DNA of 64,000 nucleotides. It comes from Octopus bimaculoides (lineage: Eukaryota). Each line of letters begins with the position of its first letter. Within the stretch, counting starts at the first letter, position 1. Positions 25,501-40,300 of this stretch are shown here, in pieces. The notes beneath the pieces are model-generated. The model did no database searches. It had not been told where the DNA came from and worked only from the letters and a program-made list of their open reading frames with translations. Made by a program: the position numbers and the translations under genes. The stretch is from positions 109,936,160 through 110,000,159 of the forward strand of contig NC_068981.1 of assembly GCF_001194135.2 (NCBI RefSeq), in the 5' to 3' direction.

Positions 25501-27574
25501 GAGAGCATTGCCACTAGAATAAGAATAGCCCGTGCAAAGTTCAGAAAGCTCCTATCTCTACTGGTAACAAAGGGCCTCTCGCTCAGAGAGAAAGGTAGAT
25601 TGTATGACGCATGTGTGCAAACTGCCATGCTACGCGGCAATGAAACATGGGCTGTGACCGCTGAAGACATGCATAAGCTCGAAAGAAATGAAGCTAGTAT
25701 GATCCGCTGGATGTGTAGTGTCAGTGCGCACACACGACATAGTGTAAGCGTTCTGAGAGAAATGGTGGACATAAGAAGCATCAGATATGGTGTGTAAGAG
25801 AGACGGCTGCGCTAGTATGGTCATGTGTTATGCATGGATGAGGAGAGCTGTGTGAAGAAGTGTCACTCCCTAACAGTGGAAGAGGGAGACCCAGGAAGGT
25901 GGTGAAGCATGACCTTCGAACGTTGGGCTTCACAGAGGCAATGACAAAAGACCAAGACCTCTGGAGATATGCTGTGATTGAGAAGACCCAGCAAGTAAAG
26001 TGAGATCACAGTTGCAGCCTATACCAGTGTCGCATAACCAGACCATTTAAAAAGTACTTTTGAATTGTCGAGTGACATGCTGTGCTTGAGGAGACCTATT
26101 GAGTCAAGTCTATTGAGTCAAGTAAAATCAGAATCAAATCAAATTGCAATCAAATGGAAATTGTAGTTGTGGCCAATGCCAGTGCTACCTAACTGAGTCC
26201 CACGCTGGTGGCACACAATAAACACCATTTATGCATGGGTTGTTGCCAGTTCCACCTGACTGGCTCCCTGTGCTGGTGGCACATAAAAAGCACCGTCTGA
26301 ACACGGTCAATGCCAGTAACGTCTGGGTCCTGTGCTGTTAGCACGTAAAAAGCACCAACTGAACGTGGCTGATGTCAGTGCTGCCTGACTGGCTCCCATG
26401 CTGGTGGCACGTAAAAAGCACCCAGTACACTCTTGGAGTGGTTGGCGTTAGGAAGGGCATCCAGCTGTAGAAACATTGCCAAATCAGATTGGAGCCTGGT
26501 GCGGCCTCCTGGCTTGCCAGTCTCCAGTCAAACCATCCAACCCATACCAGCATGGAAAACAGATGTTAAACAATGATGATGATGATGATGATGAGATTAG
26601 CAGTATGGCTTAGTAAATATGGTACATTGTAATATACCCATTCAACAAAATTACATCCTAAAAACATCCCATAAAGCAACATGGTCAAATACCACTCTCA
26701 AAATACACAGGAAACAGCCAAATGTGTATTGCAAAAAAAAAAAAAAAAACTGTAACAACCTCAAACACAGCCTGACAACATTGCTCAAAACAGAAATAAA
26801 CCTCAGCATCAAACAATTAAACAAGGAAATAACAAAAGATAAAAAATTAAATCACAGAAAAATAAGACTCTGGAACATGGCAACCTAGTTTCATTCAACG
26901 AGATTAAAACAGTTACTATACATATTTCAATGAAATGTGTTGCAAGACAATGCTCTCCCTAATCATTAACACAAAAATAATGAGAATAAGCAACCATACT
27001 CATAAAAATTATAGACCAGTAGTTCTTCTGACTGGTAAACATTCACCTGCTCACACATTACAATGGCTAGACTTCATAAAAATGATACCACTTTTTGATT
27101 CTGTGCAATTCCAATGAAACCAACTTGAGGAGCAGTATCTCACCCTTGTCAGGCATTCACACACACCAATTTTCTTAATCAGTTTTCCATAGAACTGCAA
27201 CGTACTGAAATCATGACAGCATGCTCACATCGACCACACAACTATTGACAATCAGAAGTTGAAGCAACAAATCATCAATTTCAAAAACGTCTGAGAGCTT
27301 GCTAAGGTTGCGAGTGAAAGTTAAATAAGATAGCAGTCACAACAAAAGGAGACAAAAACTTGTAAAAGTTAGGTTAAAATCCAATGTTTATATTATACTG
27401 TTCTTGCATACAATTCATGATCGCATAATAGATTCATAGCTTTATATATACAGGGTGATTCAAAAGTCACCATACATAAGAACAATTTATTTTTTTATAT
27501 GAAAGTTTTTATTTTATTTAACTGTTTCTTATAAAAAAATTAATTTTTCCTATGTATGGTGACTTTTGAATCAT

Positions 27575-27625
<51 letters not shown>

Positions 27626-30600
27626 TTAAACAAGAATACTGTTGACAATGACTTTGAAGTTTTGGCCAGTTAAGGCATTGTCTGATGATGGCTTAACAGG
27701 CCGACAATATTCTTGTTTAACAATAAACTTGTACTTTACAAAAGTATAGATTAATGTAAAATTGTTTTTATAACATAGAAACATGCACACACAGTGAAAC
27801 TTCTTTGAGAACCAAAAACTGTTTTCAAAACAATGTAAGAAAAAACAGGAGGTTACTAAATCAATGATTAAAAAAGCCTCACAGATCACATGGATAAAAC
27901 TGCTCTCATCAATCATTAGGTGTCTAAAACAGATACTGGCTTTATTTAGATACCATGAGTGTAAACACAGTCATCAATCATTAATTGGCTTCAATAGATA
28001 CAGGATCAGTTTAGAAAGAAATCATGCATGTAAATGCATTACCCTAATGCTAAAAATAACTAATTCTAGATCTAACAAGGAAGATAAACAAATATGCTTA
28101 TAATATTAATATTTTCAAAAATAATAGCACTCTCACTGAACCGTCACTAGGTGTTGGATGTTCTCCCCAATTATTCTAAGTTGTTATAACAGGATTTAGA
28201 AAAAAGCAGTTAGCTTTTGAAAAGTGTAAAATTCTAGAATAACATTGCAATAAATGAGTTATGAGGTGCCTCAGTGACCTGATTTTCCATATAGGGAGAC
28301 AGTAAAGCTCAGTGGGTTGAAACAATAATACACACAGTAGATATACAAGAATTCATCACAGAGTTTCATATTGGGGGAAAAAAAAGTTTAATAGTGACAC
28401 ATACACACACAAGTGGACTGATGAAATTAAAGAATATTGGTTGAGACGCTTTGCAGTATCTTAGTATCTGTTCTGGTTAATTGCGTTCTGTACTGAAATT
28501 GTCACGCCTACTGCAGTCAATTGTATGATTACTGTCAAATGCTGGCATCAGGTTCACCCTTGTCATTATCATTTAATGTCCATGTTCCATGCTAGCATGG
28601 GTTGCACAGTTAAGACAGTATCCGATGGGTGTGCTCCAATATCTGCTTTATTATGGCTTCCATGACTGGATGAACTTCTGAATGCCAACCATTTTACACA
28701 GACTACTGGCTGCTTTATCATGGCACTGGCACAAGTGAGGTTGATTAAAGTGAGAGAGAAAGGGGCCAGAACAGAACAGATTCCTTACATTGGTTCTCAA
28801 CCAATCTTAACCTATGGACCCCTTCGATTCCTATTTTATTTGGATGGACCCTCATGGCCATTCAATGTTTAAAAAATCCTATTATACTTTTATAATTAAA
28901 TATTATAACAGGAATTGTATTAAAAAAAATTGTTAAAATATTCTGTGTATTGTAGAAATATAATCAGTTTCTTGCACATAAATTTTAACAACAAAATCTC
29001 ATGTGGACTACCAAAGGTCATATGGACCTTAGTTGAGAACCACAACTATAGGGGATCAAAACAATTATTCACATTAAGGAAGAGACTGTGAGAGTTGTCA
29101 GGGTGGGACTGGAAAGAGATGAAAATAGTTGTGATAACACATCAGGGTAGACCCTCAAGATATGAAATAATTAGACGGTCAGTGGAAACAAGAAAACAGG
29201 AAGTATAGCTGGGTAGATGTTGAAAGAGGGTATGGGAGAGTGAGAGATAGTTAGGGATAGAAAATAGATGAGAAGGTGAATATCATGAATAAGTTTTGAG
29301 AGATAATAAGTAGGAGGGGTAGGAAGAGGGAACAGTGGGTAATAACTGTACAAATTAGATAGGGTTGAGGGGAAATTGAAGGGTAACCAATGAGAAACAA
29401 GTTGGGGGAGTTAAAGGAGAGAAGACAAATGACAGTGCAGAAAAGGAGAAGGGCGATAAAGAGCTGCAGAGCTGCAGAAGAGTAAAAATAACGGTCCTTT
29501 CAGCTATAGGCATAAGATCTAAAATTTTGGTGAGGTAGGGCTAGTCAATTACATCAACCTCAATGTTCAACTAGAGCTTATTTTATTGATCCTGAAATGA
29601 TGAAAGGCAAAGCTGACCTTGGTGGTATTTGAACTCGGAATGTAAAGCCAGAAGAAATGATAAGCATTTTCTCAGGTGTGCTAATGATTCTATCTGATAA
29701 CCAAAACTCCAGGACTTACAAATGTATACAACATACAGAAAATAGCACTACTAGGCACTGTGCACATCCTACATAAAGCACTTTCAATATAAGGAAAATA
29801 AGAGCACCACAACAAACCATACCACACACCTAGTGCATACAGAGCTGGACTTGGTAATGCAGTGAAAGCATGTGATAAAAATAAAACTACTGAATAACAA
29901 TTCCATCAGATTTTGGTACAAGTCCAGCAATTTTTTAGGGGAGAGGTTTAGTCGATTACATTGACCCCAGTTTTCAACAGTTATTTATTTCATCAACCCC
30001 AAAAGGAAGAAAGGTAAAGTCAACCTTGGCAGAATTTGAACTCAGAATGTAAAGACAAACGAAATGCCACTAAGCAATTTATCCGGCTTGCTCAGCTCAC
30101 TGCCTTATTAATAATAATCTTTTCTACTAAAGGCACAAAGCCTGAAATTTGGGGGAGGGGGATAGTCGATTACATCAACCCTAGTCCTCAACTAGTACTT
30201 ATTTCATTGATCCTGAAAGGATGAAAGGCAAAGTGGAATTTGAACTCAGAACATGAAGGCGGACGAAATACTGCTAAGCATTTTGCCTTGCATGCTAATG
30301 ATTCTGCCAGCTCGTCACCTTTGCCTTAATAACAATAATGATGATGGTTTCAAATTTTGGCACAAGGCTAGCAATTTCAGGGGTGGGGATAAGTCAATTA
30401 AATTGACTCCAGTGCATGACTGGTACTTATTTTATCAACCTTGAAAGGATGAAAGCAAAGTCTTCATGAAGATGAATAAAATGCCACTAAGCATTTTGCC
30501 TGGTGGGCTAAAGATTCTGCCAGTTTGCTGCGTTAATAATAATAATAATTCTTTCTACTATAGGCACAAGGCTTGAAATTTGAGGGGAGAGAGTTAGTCG

Positions 30601-31278
30601 ATCACATCGACCCCAGTATTTAATTGGTACTTAATTTATCAACCTCAAAAGAATGAAAGGCAAAGCTGACCTCAGCACAATAATAACAATAAGAATCCTT
30701 TCTACTGGAAGCACAAGGCCTCAAATCTGGTGGAAAGGATTAAGTTGATTACATTGACCCCAGTGTGTAACTGGTACTTATTTAATCAGCCTCAAAAGGA
30801 TGAAAGGCAAAGTCGACCTTGTTCGGAATTTGAACATAGAACACAGTGATGGGCGAAATACTGCTAAACGTTTCATCCAGTGTGCTAACGATTCTGCCAG
30901 CTTGCCGCCTTAATAAACAATAATAATGATGAAGATGATGATGATGATACATTTGATTGGAAGAGAAAGGTTGGGAGAGAGAGAGAAAGAGAGGGAGAAT
31001 GACGTGGTTGGGTAAGTTGTAACAGCATGGGTAAGACATAGTGGGTGGAGAATAGGGAGATGTGTAGTGACAGAGAGAGGCGTTTTATCAATGAAAGATA
31101 GATAAGAGTGAAATGGTCCTGGGGTATTACAAAAGGTGGAGGTAAGTAGTATCAGAGAAAAGCTAAAGCATACAGTTCTGCTCACATTCAATTACACCAG
31201 CAGAATAGAGCAGTTAGAGAGATGATGGGTGATGGGAATGTTTTGAGGAAGAAACTTAAGTGAAGGAGAGGAGAAAGT

Positions 31279-31341
<63 letters not shown>

Positions 31342-33822
31342 TGTGCTTCCAGAATCTGTGTTAGGCAGCTCTCCTCAAGAACTGCATTCATCACATCATC
31401 TCATGTCTTCCTAGGTTTTGTTGTTCATGCATGTTTACATTACATGTGCAATACAGCACACAAATGAAAGTTCAATGAATTCATAAAACAAATGCAGTTT
31501 GTAATAAGAGTTTTATACATTCAGAAGATGCAATAGGATTTTCATTTTCATAATACACATTTAGAAGTTTATTGCTGTTTATCAGTTAAAAGTATAATTT
31601 CACTGTCATCTGATTGTAGTATATATCCATAGCAGTGTAATTTTACACATATCAGCCAATGCTTTGATTGCACATTCACTATTCATACATTTCTGGAAAT
31701 TTGAAAATATGTAGTTAAGAAAAGAAAGCACAAATTTAGTTAAAAATTGATAAAAATTTCAAAACATAAATCCTACCTCAGCTGCAACAGCAATACAGCA
31801 ACAATTCCTGAATATTCAATATTCCAAAGAATTAGATCAAAAACACTTCTAATACAATTTTCAATAAAAATTCCCAAGTTACTGTGCCATAAAAACAAAT
31901 GAATAAACTATACATCTCTCTGGAGCTGAAAGATAAGATTTAAAACTCTAGAGGTCTACTTTATTTGGAAACTTCCTACAGCACATAAAAGAAGCAATAA
32001 AAAAAGTTCTTAAAGTATATTCAATATAATCCAAATTGCAATAATCAGTTATCATTTGATCTTTTATGGAAGCATATGTGTCTGCACCATAATTTATTTT
32101 TTGATGAAGTGGATTAAATTTGGATTGTTCATCAAAAGGCTGAAAAATGCTCTTCTACTTGGTAGCTGTTGTATTGTAAAGTATCTAGCTGTAGGTATAT
32201 AAAAAGACACTCGTTTATAACACACACACACACACACACACAGGTGCAGTGTGACAGAATAATATAAACCAAAACTTGTGGATTTCTCTCAATAAGATAG
32301 ATGTAACAGAAATCACATATGACTTGTTAATCTTCAATCAAAAGAAATACCAGTCAAGTATATTGGGAAGTGTGTTTTGTACATATAACTGTTAGGTGTT
32401 TAATGTTAATCTCTCAATGACAGAACGCATTTCGTTTGAGAGATTAATTTTCCAATTTTTTTTTCTGTCAAAAGGAATACTTTAACGATCACAAAGAGTA
32501 TCTACTGAAGCATTTATGTCTTTCATCCACCCACAACTTGTTTTTGGTGCTAGAATTAGTATCACAATGGACAAAAGGCTTCGTAATATCTAATTATATT
32601 CCTGTATGTCTTGAGTTTACATCCAGCTGAGGGTGGCTTTGCTTTTTATCTTTTTGAATGATAAAGAAATACCTGTTCAAGTTTTGTAATAATTAGCATT
32701 TAATCCCACCACTCAAAACTTAATGCCTTATGACAATTATTAGATTGACGCAGCAAAAAAGATAGAGTAGAGTGCTGCATGAATGAATCCTACAATTTAC
32801 TTACATCTATCTGTTTTATATTTATAACCAGTTGAGGCTGAACTCCCATACATCAAGAATCAAGAGTGCCAGTAATGTCATGGGGTTAGTTTAATTAACT
32901 TCATTCTTTCTTTGATTATTTGTAGCATCATGCTAATTTGAGGATAACTATCATTATTATAATTACTTTGTAATATATACAATCTTATTTACCGTCCACA
33001 GGAGCAGCTTTTTTAAATACTGGATAATGAATGCAAACAATTTATAGCTAACTTTATAAATCACTCAGTATATTTTGTTGGTGGATAAAAGTTTCATAAA
33101 TTTAGATTTTAAAAATGTGTGATGTTTTTCAAATGAAGATGGCATTTGCATATCTGATAATTTAGTTATAAAAAAAAAGTACAAGCCTACTTGCATGTAT
33201 ATGCAAGTGTATTTGTGTGAGCATGCAGCATATGCAAAGGGCATTAGTACATCATGTGTAAAATGTAAAAGAAGTGAAATCAATAGAAGACAAGAAGTAA
33301 CGATGAGAAGGAAAAACTTTGGAAGATTTATATCGGCTGTACTGTAGAAATAGCTCTGACATAAAGTGAATTTTATTAGGATGAAAATTCAAGAATAAAG
33401 ATTAGGTATGTGATTGTATTACAACAAAAACTTCAAGTCGGACTGAAATACGCAAAAAAAAAGAAAAAAAAAAGATAAAAAAACCCCAAACCTTTGCTGA
33501 AATGTATTAGAAATTTCTTCCTGATATGTCAGCTTTGCTATATATTTTTTTCTAATACCTCCAACAAAATAGAAAACTATCTCCAACTCAATGAAAATTT
33601 AAAAACAATACAATATAACTAGGTAGAGACATATGCCAAACTTAAAAAAAGTTCTACAGTCTTACTGAGACAATCATATAATGCTGCATTTCAGAATTTT
33701 ATCTACACTCACACATGAATACATAGGTATTCATGTGTGAGTGTGAATAAATAAAATTCAGAAATTCAGCATTATGTACAGAAAGTTTCTTACTGGAGGC
33801 TATCTCAAACAGACATATACAG

Positions 33823-33880
<58 letters not shown>

Positions 33881-34230
33881 NNNNNNNNNNNNNNNNNNNN
33901 NNNNNNNNNNNNNNNNNNNNNNNNNNNNNNNNNNNNNNNNNNNNNNNNNNNNNNNNNNNNNNNNNNNNNNNNNNNNNNNNNNNNNNNNNNNNNNNNNNNN
34001 NNNNNNNNNNNNNNNNNNNNNNNNNNNNNNNNNNNNNNNNNNNNNNNNNNNNNNNNNNNNNNNNNNNNNNNNNNNNNNNNNNNNNNNNNNNNNNNNNNNN
34101 NNNNNNNNNNNNNNNNNNNNNNNNNNNNNNNNNNNNNNNNNNNNNNNNNNNNNNNNNNNNNNNNNNNNNNNNNNNNNNNNNNNNNNNNNNNNNNNNNNNN
34201 NNNNNNNNNNNNNNNNNNNNNNNNNNNNNN

Positions 34231-34291
<61 letters not shown>

Positions 34292-34306
34292 ATATGATAG
34301 AAATTC

Positions 34307-34347
<41 letters not shown>

Positions 34348-37300
34348 TTTCTTCATTTTATAATACAAGCCCTTTATGCTGGCATTAGTTGGAAAGAAAC
34401 TTATTGAGGCAAAATTTTACAATCAGAATCCCTTCCTGTTGCCTCCTATACTTATTTTTCAAATAAGGAATTTTACTTTTTATTCCACTGGACTTCACAT
34501 GTACAGAGCTAAAGGGGATGTAAACATTACATCACTGTTTATTACTAAAGCTGTGAAATACAAAGACACATAGAATGTCAACAACCACAAACACATGTAA
34601 ATCTATTTCCGTACAAGCAGGCATAAATCAGATGTGAAATGAATTTAAATAATATAAAGACACTGTGGATTACACAAGAATATGAACATATTTCTCCTAT
34701 AGGTAGAAGAAAAAAAAGAGGAGTGAGTCTCCTGATGGACTGTTTCATCATTTGTGACTGTTCCTCAGAAAAGGTGTACCAAGCTTCCTTCTCCACTCAT
34801 GAATCAGCTGTTGATAATTAGGCTAATACCTTGATAGTTAGCCTAATTTGTATATTTCTTATCTAGATGGCCTGTCATCAATTAAACAATAACTTTTTAT
34901 GCACATCACAGTATAAATCACAAGGACTGAGATAAAATAAACTTAAATGTTAAGCCATCTTGTAGGTTAAATTAGAATGCAAATATTCTGTCTATACCAA
35001 TGATTACTTCTCCAGAGAAACAAAGGAAAGAAGTCCAAAATTCAAAAGAATTAAACATTCAGAGGTAGATGGCACAGACTGGAGAATGTGACATATCTTT
35101 GATAAGTATGGTGACAACTCCAGACATGTTTCAGTCTTAATAAAATCTCCTCAGTGAAGAGTATTACCAATACTAATCAAATGCTTGAAGACTGAGAGAC
35201 AAGTAAGAGAATCAAATCTGCCCTAGTGTACCATATATGGTACTTTCAGCTTTTGGAAGAATATAAGTATTACCTCATGACACATGTGGTTATTGGAGTA
35301 TCACTAAAAACTACAATATTTCAAAAGAAAGTTACACTAAATCACTTTCTCTATAATAGTTATGATTTTTTAAAAAATTACAAGGTCCTAAAGTTAAAAC
35401 ATTTATGTATGAAAAGAATGCTCTTTTACTCTTTTACTTGTTTCAGTCATTTGACTGTGGCCATGCTGGAGCACTGCATGTAAATATAAAACAGAAGTAG
35501 GTTTGTAAAGAAGCACAGTGCCATAATGATTTCACTGTTTGCAATCCAATGGGTAATAAAGTTAGATGAGAATGATTGGCTTTATGGGAGCTGTTTAACT
35601 GAAAGTAGAGTGAGGATAAACAGTGAGCTCAAGGAGGAATTGTCAGCCCAATTTGAACTATAAAACAAAAAAAGGAATATTGAAAACATTCAAGCCATGA
35701 CCATCATATTCTTTTCTTAACCATTGTTGATAAAGTACCAACTGGAGTTTTGGACAGGATACTTTGTGATATTTGCATTCATTTAATTTCCAATCTCACC
35801 ATGGCTTAATTGTGTTGGAGGCTAAATTCATTACCACCACCTGGCACTTATTCAGGCCAGAAATTTGGTCTGAAGATAACTTCTTTCCTTTAACTTGTCT
35901 CAGAGACCTTGTAAGGGATCATGGGGCCTTTCACACTTGACTAAAATGTAGACATCAAATTTGAAGATTTGGCTACTACTTCGAACATGTTGAACAACCC
36001 CTTAAAGACCATCTCGTCTAAAGTGCAAGTGAATTTCCATCAATGTCTTTATTTTTCTTTCATATGCTTTCCTCTTCCTTTTATGAAGATCACCAGATCA
36101 CTATTATCTTACTAAGGCAAAAGCCTCGATAAGAAAAATGTGGGAGCTCAGTACTGTGTAGTCTATGGTACCTAAAAAGTGAATTAGGATTCCTGACCAC
36201 AAACTTTAAGTACATCATTCTACTGGAATAAATTAACAGAGTGAGTAGTTATGGACTTCTATAAGACTGCCTTGCTGTCAATAAATCAAGTAATTGCATA
36301 CAAAAGTTTTAATTTTCTAAATAATAAAAACAATAAACAGTTTCTATAAAATGTCAATAATATCAACTGAAATTTTTAACTGAAGAAAGGAACAAATAAA
36401 AATTTGGTTTATTCTAATTCTAGCTGTGAAATAATCGTCAATGAAGAGAAAAATTAACAAAATAACAAAAAAACCCTTGATTCAAATTACTTAACAAGCT
36501 CATACAAGCACATTAAATGATAAATCATATTAATTACTAATTACAAATATGGATGATGTTGATGATGATGATGATGATGACAGCTATGAAAAATAGAAAC
36601 TGATTCCACTGTACTCTTTCTGCAGTTTAATTCATTTTTCTTTTTTTCTAAAAATATTACAATTGTTCAAAAGAACTAAATAAGGTGTGAGTCCTTACCT
36701 TTGGTCTAAGAATGCCAGTGCCACTGATAAATTGCCAAACACTTTGGTTAGCTATGCTGGAAAAAAAAAAAAAAATCAAGTAAAACGAATTTCACAAATA
36801 TATTAATATAAATTTTGTGTGATGGTAGAAATGTATATAAAAAATGAAAATATACATATTGGGGAAATGAATGACAGAAAGAAGGACAATCATAGAAACA
36901 ACATGATAAGTAAAATGTAGAGTGGTTAGAAAAAGAAGAAAAAAATGAATGGCAAAAAACCTGAGTCTAAGAAGTAGCAGGCAATTAATGCCAAAACATG
37001 ACACCCAAAGATGAAATGAAATTGAGAATGTCAATAACTTATATACATGAATATCTTGCTTAGTAAGGAAACATGAAGATGTCTTTAAATTAATTTCCAA
37101 ACATAAGTAGACCTCCTGCAAGGTAGAAATAGTCTAGATAATAACAAATTACTAGAGAAGATAATTGTTAACTTCATCTATAATTTATCATCTTGCAGCA
37201 CAATGTTAGTGTATATTGGCTGGGGGGGGGGGGAAGAGAAAGAGAGATGGTTGTGTAGGTGCAGGTGTGACTGTATACTAAGAAGGTCACTTCCCAACCA

Positions 37301-40300
37301 CATGGTTCCAAGTTCAGTCCCACTGTGTGGCACCTTGGGCAAGTGTCTACTATAGTTTTGGGCTGACTAAAAGCCTTGTGAGTGGATTTGGTAGATAGAA
37401 ATTGAAATAAGCCCATCATATATAAATATATGTGTGTGTGTGTGTGTGTGTGTGTATTTGTTTCTCACAACCTCTTGACAGCTGGTGCAGGTTTGTTTAT
37501 GTTCCTCTAACTTAAATTAGGTACTAACCAAAACTGTAGAATATATGGCTTTTAACATTGATTTCTAATAATGATAGAGGTTCACAAACTTTTGTGGAAA
37601 GGGTTTCACTGATTAAGTTAACCTCAGCACTACACTGGCACAATCATCATCATCATCATCATCATTTAATGTCCGTTTTCCATGCTGGCATGGGCTGGAC
37701 GGTTTGACTGGAGCTGATAAGACTGGGACACACACACACACCATGCTCCATTGTCTGTTCTGGCATGGCTTCTATAGCTGGATGCCCTTCTTAACACCAA
37801 CCACTATACAGAGTGTACTGGATGCTTTTAATGTGGCATGAATGTGATTTAGTACATAACAAAGCCTACATAAATTAATATATACACATGTATGTGTGTG
37901 TGTGTGTGCATGAGCGCATGTATGTATGTATCTATGTACATTCATCTTAATGAATTTTCAATTCTTCACATAAAAAAACAATCAAAAGTTTTGTTGAAAA
38001 TTTCATGTTAAATCACTACATAAACTCTCAGCTTAAGGTTTCAAAAATAATTTCAAAAACTGATTAGAGCTGGTCTCATTGTTTAAAAACAAACTCAAAA
38101 TAAAAAGACAACTGAAAGTTTAATGGGAAAAATATGCTAAGTATATTTTTATTTTATGTGTTTTCAATTTAGCTTGAAATCATAAATACATCTATCAATG
38201 AAAATATATTAAATAATAATAATAATAATAAACAATAAAAATGAAACGTCTTCATTAAGCAATACTAAATGAGCAGATATTTTATAGAATGAGAAGAATT
38301 CATTTTAAGTATTGGACGTACCCCAACCCCATAAATGATGCATGATACATGTTGACTGTATATGTCTTAAAAAAGTGAACATTTTCTTTCTTGACGTTTA
38401 TTTAATTGTTAAATATGTGAGAAATCAGAAGAGGTTTCATTTTATTAAAAAATGAGTAGCTTCTATCTCCATGTGGAATAAACTCCAATATTTTTGAGAA
38501 AGAAAAATTTATTTGAGTTTGGTTTATCACCATTGATGGCTCAGGTTTTTAATGATTGAAGTTACTGAAACTCTACTATCATTTACTGTAGGACTAACAG
38601 TAGTACACATCAAAGCAATACTATGCACTAATGTGGAGATTTTATTATATATATATATTATGCTGCCACCACCACTTTATGTCAGCTCTCCATGTTTGTA
38701 TGGGTTGAACATGCTGTCATAGTTAGAGTACTTTGGTGAGACCCGACTAGAGAGAGATGTCATAACCCTACACATTCTTTGCTCATGGTCTTACACATGC
38801 TAAAAGTACATTTGGAGATACACGCATATACTGACTGATACACATATACATACAGAAATGATATAGGTAAATGGAATCTAATATACTAAATCAACTCATT
38901 AATTACTAAGTAACTAATAAAAAAAATATGCTTTTGTAATCTAGGTACATACAGCTGCTCATTTTGCGTCATTATTATATTTTGACAATCTTTATTTTTT
39001 GTTAGAAAGCTGACGCATCTATTCATTTTGCGCTTAATAAACTATTTATAAATCGTTTTTCGCTATTTTTGTTAAGAGATGGATAAGTCAGAAATTCGTA
39101 CAGTTTTGAAATGTAAGTTCTTTTTTGGAAATACAGCATCACAGATAGCTTGGAACATTAATGGAGTATTTCACTGCGTGAAAAAGTGCCACACCCTAAC
39201 AGTTGAGGGAACCCGTGGAAGAGGTAGGCCCAGGAAGACCTGGGCTGAGGTGGTGAGGCAAGACCTTCGTACATTGGGCCTCACCGAGGCGATGACTACG
39301 GACCGAGACCTTTGNNNNNNNNNNNNNNNNNNNNNNNNNNNNNNNNNNNNNNNNNNNNNNNNNNNNNNNNNNNNNNNNNNNNNNNNNNNNNNNNNNNNNN
39401 NNNNNNNNNNNNNNNNNNNNNNNNNNNNNNNNNNNNNNNNNNNNNNNNNNNNNNNNNNNNNNNNNNNNNNNNNNNNNNNNNNNNNNNNNNNNNNNNNNNN
39501 NNNNNNNNNNNNNNNNNNNNNNNNNNNNNNNNNNNNNNNNNNNNNNNNNNNNNNNNNNNNNNNNNNNNNNNNNNNNNNNNNNNNNNNNNNNNNNNNNNNN
39601 NNNNNNNNNNNNNNNNNNNNNNNNNNNNNNNNNNNNNNNNNNNNNNNNNNNNNNNNNNNNNNNNNNNNNNNNNNNNNNNNNNNNNNNNNNNNNNNNNNNN
39701 NNNNNNNNNNNNNNNNNNNNNNNNNNNNNNTGATGGTAGTGATGATGATGATGATGTTATTACACAGCAGACAGTTTCAAATTGGTTTGCAAAATTTTGT
39801 TCTGGTAACTTTGACCTCACAAATGAGCAATGCGGTTGACCAGAAACAAAGGTGGATAGTCTTTTCTACTCTAGGCACAAAGCCTGAAATTTTTGGGGAG
39901 GGAGCCCAGTCGATTAGAACAACCCCACTACACAACTGGCACTTAATTTATCGACCCCGAAAGGATGAAAAGCAAAGTTGACTGCAGTAGAATTTGAACT
40001 CAGAGCGTAAAGACAGACAAAACACCACTAAGTATTTCGTCTGGCATGCTAATGTTTCCTGCCAGCTTGCTGCCTTAACAAAGGTGGATAATGATGAACT
40101 GAAAGCCACCGTCAAGTCAGGTGCATCTCAAAGTGCCTGTAAATTATTGTTGTTGTTTGATAAGCAAACAATACTGACTCACCTAGTTCAAATTGGTAAA
40201 GTGAAAAAGTTGGATAAGTGGGTTCCACATGAATTCAATGAAAATCAGAAACAGCAATGTTTGGAAGCCTGCATTATGCTACTTTCTCATGACAAAAATG

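Noticed and set aside
27676-27716. Hammerhead-like CTGATGA-TGGC...GCC-GACA
   Set aside because: GAAA is mutated to GACA and there is no helix I partner; at best a dead relic.
5337-31881. TOP6BL (TopoVIB-like) identity for the host gene, suggested by FIENCI and YCVT
   Set aside because: Spacing is too long, there is no transducer domain, and the upstream exons are unexplained. The FANCB-like order fits more segments, though it is also unproven.
34578-34821. Candidate exons near 34.6-34.8 kb and 55.85-56.05 kb
   Set aside because: Good splice signals but several mutually exclusive frames; not supportable without transcripts.
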